A stretch of 64,000 nucleotides of DNA. Origin: Enoplolaimus lenunculus (lineage: Eukaryota). The stretch lies in contig JASANG010004046.1 of assembly GCA_030248215.1 (NCBI GenBank), positions 124,001 to 188,000 on the forward strand, in the 5' to 3' direction. Made by a program: the position numbers and the translations under genes. Shown here piece after piece: positions 1-13,900 of the stretch. The notes below the pieces were generated by a model, which ran no database searches, was not told where the DNA came from, and was given only the letters and a program-made list of their open reading frames with translations. The stretch's first letter is position 1, and every line of letters starts with the position of its first letter.

Positions 1-350
1 AGCTAAAATATGTAACAATTTTCAAAATCCAGCCATTTTTGGGCAAACGCTGGCTGAGGGAAAAGCGAAAAGACCCAATAAATTTGTGCATGCGCCCCAC
101 CTTTAGGTTCTTCATATCACCGCCCCTGAAAGCTGCTGCTCATCACAACAAATGCTCACACTCTATGGTGTAATATTGACAGTGTTGCTTTTTTGCAGCA
201 ATCAGTTGCCATTTTTTAAAATTATTGTGTTCACACACAAAAAACGTTTTGTGTAAACATCTAAATTTCAGTATATCTTTCATTTATTTTTTGTTTTGTT
301 GCTTTGTCTAGTAACATGTCGAGCACACCAAAACTCAACTCCTGTGTGCA

Positions 351-1061
351 CTGAAATGACCCGAATAAGAGGGGCGTAATAAGAGGCGGGGTCCCCATTT
401 TGAGTCCCAATCAATAGGAGTCCGTATCTCTAATAAGAGACGGTATGCAGATAGAGTCCCTAAACACTAAATAGAGTCCATAAAATGTCTATTATCCCTA
501 ATTGTAGCGCATAAATGACTCCAAGACCAAATAATTTGAGTTCAAAACTTTAAAGCGTACTTAAATTTTGAAAGTACATTCCTAAGTATAACCTTGCATG
601 ATAATTTAGGAAATGAGTTGAAATTTTCAGACAATTTTTTACTGCGTAAAAGCATAGAATCTGTTGCAGAATGCAATTTTTTTACTAAATTAGGAGCATG
701 GGATTGTTTTTTGTGGTGAACATGACTTCGATAAACGCCAATAAGGACAGTATTCTACTGGTAATGGCGGATCCATGGGGGCCACCCCGGCCGTGGCCCC
801 CCAACAGCATCTTGACAAAGATTATATAGTGTCAATTGCTGGTCTACGCTGCGTACACAATAGTATATGCATTCTTTAAAGTTTCGAACTCACCTTTATT
901 TGGCTTTGGAGTCATTTTATTCGCTACAATTAGGAACAATTGACATTTATGGACTTAATGGGTTTATTGACTCTATCCGCTTACGGCTCGTATTAGGGAT
1001 ACGGACTCCTATTAATTGCAACTCAAATTGGGGACCCAATCTTATTTGGGTCACTACAGTA
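351..1061. mobile_element. Two oppositely oriented partial copies of the CTGTAGTGACCC MITE family
   Basis: 351-~590 matches the left part of 40063-40492. ~870-1059 is the reverse complement of the same sequence and ends GGGTCACTACAG-TA. Confidence 0.7.
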
Positions 1062-2248
1062 TGTGTCAAAAATAAGTTTATTACGTGTGAAACTTTGGCC
1101 CCCCTCATTTTGAGATCCTGGATTCGCCACTTCTACTGGCATGATGTTTCATAGATAGGATTTTTTCGAAGGTACGTTAATAGTCAATTACTATATATAC
1201 CGCTGTAAAATAGAAACGTAGCCGCATGATACAATATGGTGTGGAAATTTATATTGTCCCACAACTAGAAACGCTTTTACTTAAATATTCCGATATTCTC
1301 AATACAGCTTTGACAATGTCTACTATCTGCTGTGTTGTAAATTTTGCGCAAACAGGGTGACTGAAGACCTCATATTAAAATGGAATATACTTGACGAGAA
1401 ATTTCATTTGAAAGCTGAAACATCCCCCCGCGCGATTCTTACAAATGCTGTCTTGTTTGTAACTAAATATATAACCATATTCTAGCGTATCACCACCGGC
1501 CGACTATATTGCATTGGAAACCTTGAATATATCAAATATTCTGAGCATTTGTGTTCTCAGGTTTCGTTTTCGTAATATATATTTATAGTGCATATATTTC
1601 TATATGCAAGCCGAAACCTATACTGCAGGCCTATAGCCAGGTCACCATGCTTGGAGGTGCTAAACATTTTTCAAGAGGGGCATAAAACGGTTCTTGACGA
1701 CTTAATACAAGCAAGGTTGAAAAGTTTCAGGAGGTAGAATTTTTCTATTTGAGTTGAGTCGTCTCTGGCTCTCTCTGGCTACGCTCCCGTTATACTGCTG
1801 TCCGTCTAGCAGCTGTTTCAAGTTAATTCGGTACTGCACGGCACTAACGTTGTTTAATCTGCTGCAGATGCTGAGTATTTGTTTTGTTGGGTTTTGTAAA
1901 GGACAGCAAAGCCACATAGCAGCCCTAGATATAATGTATTAGTAGTTACCGCCTTTGAATTTTACGATTGGGTTTTTTTGGAACGAAGTAGTGTGTACAA
2001 TACAAACAATTTGTGATCGCATTTATATTCTTTTTGAAAACATATTAACACGTTAATTTGGGATACGGGCTGCAGTGAGAATAGCAGATTCACAATCCCA
2101 AAAATTCTGAACGGAAGGCGCTGGGTAATATATTATTATAGTGTAAAGGTGCACGAGCAAAGCAAGCGCGAAGCTTATTGCAATTTTTAATACTAAATCA
2201 TAGTAAAACTATTTGGATTTGATCCCTGTTGTGACTTTGGGAGGCCTA

Positions 2249-2490
2249 GGTCTGGGTTGCCGTTTCCTTGGATCCGACAGTGGCCGCAGTGATTTCTTCG
2301 TCAAATTGAACCCGTAGTCACTAATCCCAAGGTCTGGGTTGCCGTTTCCTTTTATCCGACAGTGGCCGCAGTGATTTCTTCGTCAAATTGAACCCGTAGT
2401 CACTAATCCCAAGGTCTGGGTTGCCGTTTCCTTGGATCCGACAGTGGCCGCAGTGATTTCTTCGTCAAATTGAACCCGTAGTCACTAATC
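2249..2490. repeat. 82-bp tandem repeat, 3 nearly identical copies
   Basis: The unit GGTCTGGGTTGCCGTTTCC...GTCACTAATCCCAA starts at 2249, 2331 and 2413. Confidence 0.95.
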
Positions 2491-2864
2491 CGTAGCGATT
2501 GGGGGCTAGACCGGTTTTGATTTTGTGCACCATAAATGCTATCTTGAATTTATTCTAAAACTATTTGTTCCACAGGCTTTTAGAAAAGTTTTGACGTTAA
2601 CTCGTTCGCTTGTTAGCAGCTTAATCCACTTTACAGTCACCCTTGTTCAGCTACAACCTGGCTTTACGCTATTGAAACAAGGGCGTAATGGAGGGGGCAC
2701 GGCTGTCATGGCACCCTTTCATGGTTTAAAAACATTATTTAAATTAATGTACGTGCGAAAATGCCAATTGATAAGTACAAGCCATAGAAACCTATACAGT
2801 TGCTTTGGATATTTCATCCCCAAACCTAGATCCTGGCAAAGCCCACGGATGGAAAGCCATATAC

Positions 2865-3230
2865 GGCCAATGCTACTTTTGAGGGCAAGCCATTTTTTCG
2901 CGAAGCTATAATAGAGAAAGTTTAGTTTTAGGCTATTTTTTGGCTAGGCTGAGGCTAGAGGCTTAGCTATAGGCTTATCTTTACGCTGAGGCAATAGGCT
3001 TCGGCTTAGGAATATGCTTGTACTACTGTTACGCCCCTATACTACATCGCCGGCCAATGCTACTTTGATGGGCGAACGTTTTTTTGCGGACTATAATAGA
3101 GTAAGCTTAAGCTTTAGACTATTTTTTGCCTAAGTTTAGGCTTAGGCTTAGTTATTGGCTTATACTTACGCTGATGCTTAACATGTTTAGGCTTTAGTAG
3201 CATGTTTATACTACTGTTACGCCCTTCGCA
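2865..3230. mobile_element. Two tandem copies of the TTAGGC-core MITE (family A)
   Basis: Each starts GGCCAATGCTACTTT, has a degenerate TTAGGC core and ends ...TACTACTGTTACGCCC. Confidence 0.75.
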
Positions 3231-4907
3231 GTAGTATTCGTGGAAACAGTGTATAGTGTGATTTAGTACATTATATACTAAAGGTTTACGTGTTCTATTT
3301 TTAATCTATGTTTCACTGTATAAATGCTAGAATAGATATGACTAGGTGTGCTTTTATAGTCAATACAATGCAGTTAAGTTAAGGTTTACTGATAGCCAGG
3401 ATATCGTTTCGGGAGGATATAATTTGATGTAAAAACTGTTTTCGAGCGAGTGTAGCGAACGAAAATTTTTTGGAGCAAAGTCGAATGGTGTTTTCACGCA
3501 ACTGGATTTGGAAGCTCTGAAAAAACAGACATTTAAATATTTTAACGACTTTAGCACCTCGATTTCGAAACTAAAATCTTGGCCTTTGTAAATTACCCCC
3601 AAATATAAGGATGCAGGAGCGTACCAAATAGGTTTTAAGCGTCCAACATTCGTACATTTTGGATTCTTATAGTCGGCTTTTTAGACACGGTTTCAGTTTC
3701 CAACACAAGAAACACTCTCAAAATTTTTTATTGAACGTATTCCACCTTTTTTCGTATCATGGCTACGCCCATGAGGATAACACTTAGGATGCGGCTTTAG
3801 GTTTAGACTTATTTAGCTTAGTTTGAGGCTTTGGCAAACGTTTAGGCTTACCCTGAGAGAAGCCTTTTCTGTGACTTAAACCTAAGCTTAAGACTTCATG
3901 AGAAAAATATACCAGAGGCAAAATTTTTGCGAATATTTTAATTAAAATTAAAATAATATAATGAGTTTGCATCATGGACAAATAGTTCGACTGAGGGGTT
4001 AACACGACGGCAAAGGCGGCGCCCTGCGTCCCTCTCTATTTGCATCCGTGGTACCGTGAATGGAATGTTTGCGTATAAATTCTTGATTAGCATTTATAAG
4101 CCACGAGACGATATTGAAAACGTGCGAATAAAACTGTTATAAACTTAGGCTTAGGCTTAGCTTTACGTATCTCACTTCGAAGGGCGAACCATTATTTTTC
4201 GCTCGACTATAACAGAGTAAGCTTAAGCTTTAGATTTTTTTGCTTAACATTGGCCCTTAGCTTCATAATTATGTGTTTTATTTAGGTTTAGTTGATCCTT
4301 AAGTTTAAGCTTATGTTTATGCTTAGGCTTAGGGGCGGTGTTTTAAGCGAAACTTTTACACGCGAAAACAGAGTCCCACCGTCGGAGGATTATGAGAAAA
4401 ATGTTTTTTACTTTGAAAACCATAAGTCTTTTAGTGTTTATGTTTTAAATTGCATGTCGTAATAACTTCTGAGTCGGGTGAAATTTATGACTAAAACAAT
4501 CGTTTAAGAGCATCTTGTCATACTAAACATCAAGTTTTCAATATATTCGTTTTATTTAATCAGCAATTGAGCCTAGGGCCCATACTCGTAAATGTATGTA
4601 ACACCTAACACCAGTTACTAATAGGTTTTCAAGCTAACGAACTGCTGCAATTAAAAATCTCAAAAATTGCACAGAAGTAGAGCAAATGAAATGCAACAAA
4701 TGTGCTAAACTTCAAACCACACTATTTTTTGGTTCGAAAGTTACAAGACCTATCACCAACTGGTAATATGTGCTATACACCTTTGAGAATACGGGTTCAG
4801 AGCTATAGTTAAAGTATATTAAATGTATGAACTGTTCTGATCGTTATTTTAGCGAGTCTGTGAAGGCTGTTTACCTTGCCGCGATATTTTACTTAAGTAA
4901 CCAGGCA

Positions 4908-7900
4908 ATGACCGATTCTAGTGATCCGCACAATGACTCAGGCGTAAGCGGCAAATTTGATACATCTCAAATTGCCTCTGAAAACAATTCTCGAACTCTG
5001 TCGGATAACGAGTCATCTGGCCATTCTGCTAGTCAATCCTCTAAGAATACGTCACCTAACCCCCAAAATCAGCCTGAACCTGGTGATAAGCGTGTGCGAA
5101 ATATTATCGACAAAACCCAGCTAACTCTGCCTGTTTCTTCTCATCACTACTCTGCAACGAAAACTCGTCATCTAAACTACCAGAGTCCCGACCGTGGCAA
5201 TAATCAAGACGACAAGAAATGCGATAGCTCAGAAAATTTAAACGACAGTAGTGGAAACTCAAGCGAAAATCTAAAGGTCACCATGTGTAACCCTTGCGAA
5301 AGTTGTACCGATACCAAAAATGGGTCCGATATCAGCGGTGAAAAGTTAGACTCAGAGATTGGGCCGGCTATTAATCTTGAACCTGCCTCCCTAGAACCAC
5401 CACTTCATTGCACTTCCGCGGCGATCTCTCCAGTTGGCGATTCGGATTCTTCTGACGAAGCCCCACTATCAGGTTGTGGGGGCAACGCTCAAGAATGCTC
5501 GCCTCAACTCTTAACTCAATGGGGTGACATCCTGAAAAAATGGCGAGCGACCGAATTGACAACAACCCCTCCTTCAACTCCTGTCACCCCAAGCAGCTGC
5601 CGTATCCGACCGAAAAATCTCGAACGAATGGTCCGCAACGGGATTCCGGATCCGGTCCGTGGCGAAGTGTGGCAGCTGTTGGCCGGATGTCATAGGTTTC
5701 CGGAACTTCTCGACGCGTACCGGCTGTTGGTTGCAAAGGTAAAATGGTTATATTTTGCGAAGAGCACATTTGTAGCTTCCCCACTCAGTGGAAAAGTTTA
5801 CTTAGGATGCTTATAGTGCTGTTACGGCCCAAAACTATATTACGTGGGCCATTAGTTGAAACGGAATTTCAACTATGGCGGAACTACAAAAGGGTAGTGA
5901 GAGGAATCAGGACCCGTAGAAAATTTGCGAATGCAAACTTATTTGACTGAATTGCAGTACCTAGTCTTATGCTGTAGATTAATCGTTACGCTAGATTTAG
6001 GTTTTAGTTCAAGTATTGCAGCCGTACCCTAACGCTGAGGCTTAGGCTTATGTTACGCTCGTATGAAACCACTGACCAGTATTTTGCATTTAGATATTTT
6101 TCGAAGGTTATGAAAAAGTCACCCGTTTCTGTTCATGTACACTTTCGCCCACCTTTAAGATAAAGGCTTAGACTTGACGTTTATTGGGCTCAGATCTAGG
6201 CTTAGGAAAAAATGTAGGCAAAATTTTTGCCTAGATGTAGGCCTAGGTTTAGGCTTAGCAAACGTTTTCCAAAAGCTAAACCTAAACCTGAGCGTAAGCG
6301 TGAGCATATTGGGGGAAGTGTATATACAAAAGACCCGTGTTTCATTTTGAATAGCTCTTTCAAAACTAGATACGTAGCCGGCATTTCAGGTTTCAACAGT
6401 TATAGTTTTAAGGAGAGAAATTTTGGTAAGAAATTAAAACGTTTCAGCCCTCTAACACAGTTTCAGTACAAATGCTTCTAAAAATGTACCAAAGTCAATT
6501 GATGGCTTACATCACCATTCCTCTATTATCAGATGAGATTTTCAGGACTTTCATAACGAAGATATGATTCTGCGTGATATTTACCGTACATTCCCTGCTC
6601 ATGAATTTTTCAAAGACGATGGTGGCGTTGGCCAAGATGCGTTGTATATGCTCATAAAGGTAACAATTAAATATTGTCAATCAGAGCGGCGCTGTACCAA
6701 TCGTGTGGCGCAGTCCGTCGCCGACCATCAGCGGCCGGCGTCAGTGTGCGGTATTGTACACGAATCATTCGCGTGGAATATTGAACGATGACACATGTCG
6801 ATTGCCGGTGTCGAATGGCCGCAATGGGCGTTGCCGTATGACAGCTCCGCAAGAGCTTAAAATTGATAAAAAGTATACATTACTTCAAGCTAAATTAAAT
6901 TAGCTACGTTTCCTGCATTTATAAGAAATTATTGACTATTCAGTAAGTAACATTGACATTTTTTGTTTTAGGCATACGCTTTATATGACGAAGAAGTTGG
7001 CTACTGTCAAGGGTTGTCGTTCTTAGCAGCCGTTTTACTATTGCACGTATGTTGATTTAAGGCTGTTGAAATTTCGGTGAATCCAAAGAAAAGTTTCATT
7101 TTTTGCTAGAAATTATGTGGTAGAAATATTTTGCTTCAATTTTGCCGTATTTCAAATTCACCACACAGTCGTCCAAGTTTGCGAAATGCGCAGTACTGTA
7201 GCGAACGCATAAAATCTGTATGCAATTTTTTCTAATTATAGAACAATCCCCTCAGTGTGATATGAAATTGTTGTTAAAAATGTTCGCTAAAAATTTGCCC
7301 AAAATACGTATGTGGGAAGTTCCAGCTTTAATAATATAAGTATAACTATCTTTACGCGAACATTTCGCTTTCATTTCTTTACTCATACTTAATTTCATAA
7401 AGTTGGAAAGTTTAAAGTGAATACGCGTTTTACCGCCAGAGTCGCAACCGCTGCCTATTTTGGGCATAGTTCCAACCGATCGGTGTACAATTACTCCAGC
7501 ATGCAAATTTTACAAGCACTTTGAGTAGTCTCTTTTGTTTATTTCTAGATGCCTGAAGAACAAGCGTTTGTGCTTCTGGTTAAAATTATGTTTGAATACG
7601 GAGTGCGAACGTTTTTCAAGGAAGGATTCGACGAATTACAACTTCGATTTTATCAATTAGAACGATATATTCAAGTAAGTCGTCTGTAATGATAATGGGC
7701 GTACCTAAAATTTTGGGTTGGGAAAAACAACACATATTAGATAGCATGATCGTAGGACTTATTTAGGGAGGCACTATACTCTTCGTCAGGTTGCTTTTGG
7801 CAACGGCGCTGTCCATTGGTAATTAACCTGCATGGAACTCGACGATGCCAGACGTTATCGAACTGCGTTAAAAGTCAAAACAGTATAGCACCATTCTTAG

Positions 7901-10900
7901 ACATGGTCCCGTCCTCCAATTAACGTATGGCTCCAACAGCTTCGTTGCGTAAAATCGGAACATGAATTGGTATGCAAAGAATATTTCTACTGAAAATTCG
8001 TCGAGGTATGGTCAACGTAGATCCTTTTACAGGCGTAAAAATGGCAGTTAGCTTTAGTAGACTGAACAAATTTGCATCGCGGTGCTATTTACACGACACC
8101 AATAACCAGTCGTAGTGGGACTACATTTATTGAGCGAAGCTCGAACGCACGTAAGCAATTAAGCTAATATGCAAATTAGCTATTAGCTAACTATTCAATT
8201 ATAATTTGGATGTTTGTAAACTATTTATTCAAATTCCTCGCACCCAAAAACCCTTCAGCCACTCTAATAATTTTTGGAATAATTTAAAAAGTCCTAATTT
8301 TGTTTTGTCAATTAAGCTAATATGCAAATTAGTTATTAGGTAACTATTCAATTTTCGGTTTTGGAGGTTTGTAAACAATTTATTCAGATTCTTCGCACCC
8401 AAAAACCTTCAGTAAACCCTAATAATTATTGAAATAATTTAAAAAGTCCTAGTTTTGTCTTGTCCATTAAGCTAATATGCAAATTAGCTATTAGCTAACT
8501 ATTCAATTATCGGGTTTGGATGTTCGTTAACTATTTATTTAAATTCCTCGCACCTAAAAACCCTTTTGTGCTGAAATTATATTGCTTTTAACCTTAATAG
8601 TTAGTGAAATATTGTAAAAAGTCCTAATTTAGGCTTATAAACTATGCTAATATGCAAATTATCTATTAGCTAACTGCTCAATTATCGATTTTGGAAATTT
8701 GTAAACAGTCTACGCAGATTCCTTGCACCCAAAAACCCTTTAATGCTAAAATTAGATGGCTTTTAACTGTGTGGAAAGTCCTAATTTAGCCTTAATTAAT
8801 TATGTAAATTAGTCTGTAGCTAATAAACGGCTTAAAATTTTCAAACTCCAATGCGAGGTTAACACTCCAGGATAATTGGCTTTCAAACAAAAAACGGTGT
8901 TTCGCTTCGCTCAATAACAATAACGTTGCCTTCAAGAACGTGTTCGTTCTCCGTAGAGTTTGTTAGAGTGGCTCATATTAATGATAATTATTCGTGCCCG
9001 GCCAACTAAAGCCTAACACTACGACTAAGCGTAAACCTAAACATAAACCAAACCGCCGAAGAGGTTGTGAATGACGGAATATGTTAATTATAAGGGCCCG
9101 CCCACTAAGACTAAGGATGACGCTATGTTTGTCGTGCGGCGCCTTCCGTTGCCGCCTGTCATCGGTCGTCACCGTTCGTCGCCGCACTGCGCCGTACGAT
9201 CGATACCACATGGTGATGGACCGTGACTCACGGTGACTAGTGATGACGGGGCCGAACGACACTTAATTTCTAAAAGATATTGCGCCATCCAAAAGCTAAA
9301 CGTAAGCCTAAACATAAGTCTAATCTGTACAGAATTTTTAGGGACTATTTAAGTGGTGCCTTCCTTGATATGGTGGCCATGTCGCCGCAGTGCTTGTTTT
9401 TGGACCGATTTTACTACCGTTTTCTCCCGTTATTGTTTTAGGATATGCTTCCTGATCTTTCAAATTACTTTTTGGCAATTAAAATTGAAGCGCATATGTT
9501 TGCGTCGCAATGGTTTTTGACGCTGTTCACAGCAAAATTTCCACTGATCCTAGTGTTTCGTGTTATCGACTTGTTATTATGTGACGTAAGTAACTCTCAT
9601 ACAAGGCAAGGGTCTTGTTAAATTGAGATGGAGCGCCTGCGCCCATTGGTCAGAGCGGGCTAAAAACTTTCAATTTGCAACAAATATATTATATTTGATT
9701 CGAGTTTGTGCAGTTGTGTGAACGTCATTCTTTAAAAATTTTAATCGATTAGCAACATCTTATGTGCCGCTTAAACGTTTATACGATTGACTCCGAATTG
9801 CAAGCGCGACCAGTTTTAAGCATTTCAGTTTGTATCATGACCTACCGATTTCGAAGCCAAAAAATTTCGACGTTTACCTCTTCTGGAATTCGCCCGAGAT
9901 TTAATTGAATTCCTTCCCGAAGCGGAGCACATGCTTCCATTATAGTAGCTATATCGCCAACCCCGCTGTATTGCCGTAATTTAGGAATGCAAACTATTAT
10001 CTCTAGAATGACTGGGGGCCTCAAGTGCTAAAAACGTAATTTTTCTCTTTTACTATTTGATTTATTGCATACCTCTCGTGGAAACCCACACTCAAGAATC
10101 GGTAGCATAGCGGTGGATATTTATATGAAGGATAAAGAAAATTAGGTGACATATAACAAACCTTATTACGAAACTCAGCATGCTGGCCGCGTAGATGAGG
10201 CTACGAATTTCGTGGTTGGCGATACGACATTGCTCGAGCTGAAGCTATGTATATATACAAAACGGGGCCAGTATTCAGAAATGTGTATAGTACCTATCAC
10301 CAGGTACAAATAGACTTTGAAGCAAGCGAACTAGCTAACTACGAGAAGTCAAACTCCATACGCAAGTAGATTAAATTAAATGTAACCAACGTCTAAAAGT
10401 TTGAAATTCACCATTGGGCAGTTCGAAATTTACGGCAGTTATCACCAAGTGGCGACAGACTCAACGTACTTTTGAGATTATGGATCCACTGTAGTGCAGT
10501 GCATGTTCACTTCAGGGAGTCAATACAGTGTTCAAAATGGCAATTGCTTTGCTCAAGGTAAATTATTCCTATATATGTGTATATAAAAGCTGGCGATTAT
10601 GTGAATTTTCTGTAACTTTAGTTTTCAAATTTTACGAAGCAGGTACGTATTTTGAACGTTTCAACTTGTATATGATTGATTTCACGTATTTTAGAAATTA
10701 GTACCACAACGTTAATTTACTCAGCTCTGATGCAATTTTACAGGAATCTGAAAAGGATTTGCTCAAACTTTCGTTCGAAGATTCGTTGAAATATTTTCGA
10801 ATTACACTTCCAAAGCGATATCGTGATGAAAACGCGTGTCATCGATTGATAAAGCAAGCATCACGAATTAAGGCAAGTAACACCAGTATAGACTCGAACG

Positions 10901-13900
10901 TCTTTATTTGGTAAGGTTTCTTTATCGCTAAGCTTAAGCTAACTCTTAAAGTATAGAACAGATCTTCGTCAAGCACCACACACTTAAAGTCTAAACTGTC
11001 AGTCTAAAACCTGAGGGTTGGGGTGACGTAGCCCCGCAATAATTTTTTTTGCCCTGGAAGGTTTCAGTTTTTACCATGAGATATATAGTTTATACAAAAT
11101 CTCTCGTTTTGACCTCATCGAAATTTTCTGAAAATGTTTTTCGTGTTGCACGGGCTTCAGGTGTGATTTAAAGCATAAGAGAATGTCAAAAATTGCATTG
11201 CCATAGTTTTCAAAACATTATTCTATTGTTTCAGGTCAAAGACAAAACGTTAAAAAGATTTGAATCAGAATACATTACGTATAAGCAACAAGAAGCAATG
11301 AAGAGGGACCCGGTTGAGAGGATCCAGGTAAGGTTTGTCTTATAAAACAGTGTATTAACAGCAACGTGGAAACTTTTGGGCGCCGTCCCATCTTCCTGTA
11401 CAGATTTCACCGTCGAAAAGAATTCTATGTTAACAACATTTTTTTGTCACATCTAAACGAGTCTTGATTGAGGGAATGTAGTGAAAAATAGTATAAAACA
11501 GAATTAATTTTAAAGTTTTATCTGCTTTTTATTTGTTTTTATTTATTGCGCGAGTCCGTTAGCCAAGTCATATAAATATATTGAATGCAAAATCGTGGTC
11601 AACTCCGTTTGCAATATAGTTTGTGCCATTATTATGCATCGTTCACAAAAAATTCATTTTGTCACCGAAAATACTATAACCTAGGGTTAACACGTGTCAA
11701 TTTTCAAAATTGTCAACACGATAGGGTTGGGTTAACGCAACTTTTACGTTATGGTAGGGTTAACGCATGACATTTTGAAGTTTCACACGTGTTAACCCTA
11801 CGTTGTACTGTTTTTGGTGGCAAAATGAAGTTTTTTTACTGTGAATGATGCATTATGCCGTTTTTAATTTCGCCCTAGAGGGCCAGAAATTTTTGGGGAA
11901 CCATGTTTTGTAAAGGTGTTATAATGGTACGGGCTCAAAACGTTTCTGCTGGTGTTTCGAACAAAAAGTTATTTCTAGGGGTCTAAGCGCAGCCCTTCTT
12001 GCCGTCTTGCCTATCGGGAGATACGTTTTAGGATGAAAATCGCGATCTGCAACTTGCTGCTGCCAGAGTTGATGTTGAAAACGACGTTTTAGCTCGGCAG
12101 ATTTGCGATGGAACGTTTATGTTACAAGAACAATTAACAGTGGTAGGCCCCGTTGTAATTTGCTATTTTGCTGTGATCTAAGCACGTATTCTTAAATGTG
12201 TGTACCATATATCACCAGTTGATGATAGGTCTTGTAACTTTCGAACTAGTGAATTCCGAAGCTGAAAATTCAGCACATGGCTCTACTCCTGTACTAATTT
12301 GGAGTTCAAAAGCTGCAATTCTTAGTGAGTTTGAGAGCCTATTGCTAACTGATGATAGTTGCTATACGCATGTGAGATTATGGGCCCTAATTATAACCAA
12401 CAAAAATATAACAAACGCCAGAAATAACCAAAGCAAATTATTAATTTTCTAAAGTATCTGTAAGAAATAGAAAAAATGATGAAATTTATCTCAGCTCAAT
12501 TGTTGAGTTGTGACATTTGTAATAATTTTTCTTACCTCTGGAACACCTTACACAAAACAGATAAGGACAAATCTTAGTTGATTCCACGAGGCTTGGAAAC
12601 TTGGCCGATGTATAGAACAAGGCCGTAACAGTATATAGCATAAGCATATTCCTAAGCCTAAACCTAAAGCCTAAGCAAAAAATGGTCAAAAGGTACATCT
12701 TATGCCATCGCAGTCCCGTAGAAAAACGTTCCGCCCCGGATCCCTTATATGGCCAGAAACTTTAAATAATGTATTCAGCTACAGAGTTTAATAAAGCAAA
12801 CAAATTTTTCAATGGCGAGCAAGTGTTTCAAACATAGGGTCATAACACGCTATAGCAGTGCCTTGGCCCTTCCACTGACCACCGGAATTGCTGGTAATTG
12901 GATGGTCGAGTTCACTGCGTGTTGCAGCGACGCGAATAAGAGGGATGATATAATAAAAGCGGGAGTTCCTGTTTTGAGTCCGAGTCAGTAGGAATCTGTA
13001 CTTCTAATTAGAGTTCTTTAGTGGTAAGTCTTAATTAGAGTCTATGAAAGACACCAAAGCAGAAGAATGGTCTAAACTGCTGAAATATGTTACGGACTCT
13101 GAGCCGTCCCGCATAATTTTTATTAAATCACGATTAACGGACAAAAAACCAACAAAAATGTTTCGAAGCCAGTCAGTTTGTTCAAAAGGAAGATTATAAA
13201 AGGAATAGCGTTTGGTGCAACTAACATGTAGTGAAATAAAAAAATAACAGTCCGCAACTGAATAACATGTGGTAACCCCTGGAGATGCGAGATAAATATG
13301 AGTCCCACCTCTTAATAGGGTTGCTAGAGAAGAGGCATTAGCAGTATTTATATATTATATAAGCTAATAGGGGTGGCGTTACATGTAACGTTTGCCTAAA
13401 AGTCAAACTTTAATTACACCAATTTAATTTACGGTGGTGAGATGCAACCGTGCAAATTTAACCCCTTCCCACATTGAGTTGCCTGTAGGCAACTCAGCGC
13501 AGTGTATATGCGTTAAATAGTATATATCGCACTGTGTTTGTCAATTGCAACACGTATACATAGTACTAAATCACCACAAGACGTGAGAGCCCCCTCGGAC
13601 TCGAGCATCAAGCTCCTATAGCTGAGTGGTGATGGTATACGCCTCCCACTCCAGTCACTGCAGTTCGAATCCTAGCATAAAAGTAGGTCTCAGGGGAAAT
13701 AGAAAATATTCATGTGAGAAAGGGTTAAAGACATTGCTGTAAATTATCCAGCCAATCAGGGACGGGTCATCCTCCGAACTTAGAGCGCAGCACGTTCACC
13801 TTGTTCCCTCTGTAAATTACCATGATAATTTTTTAACTTGTTTTGTTTAGGCTACCGAAAATGCAAATGTTCTCGCGTCACAAAAATCACGTTTGCAAAC

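Noticed and set aside
13614..13690. Possible tRNA gene (also ~45360-45430)
   Set aside because: A and B boxes are present, but there is no convincing acceptor or anticodon stem. Treated as a SINE head or pseudo-tRNA.
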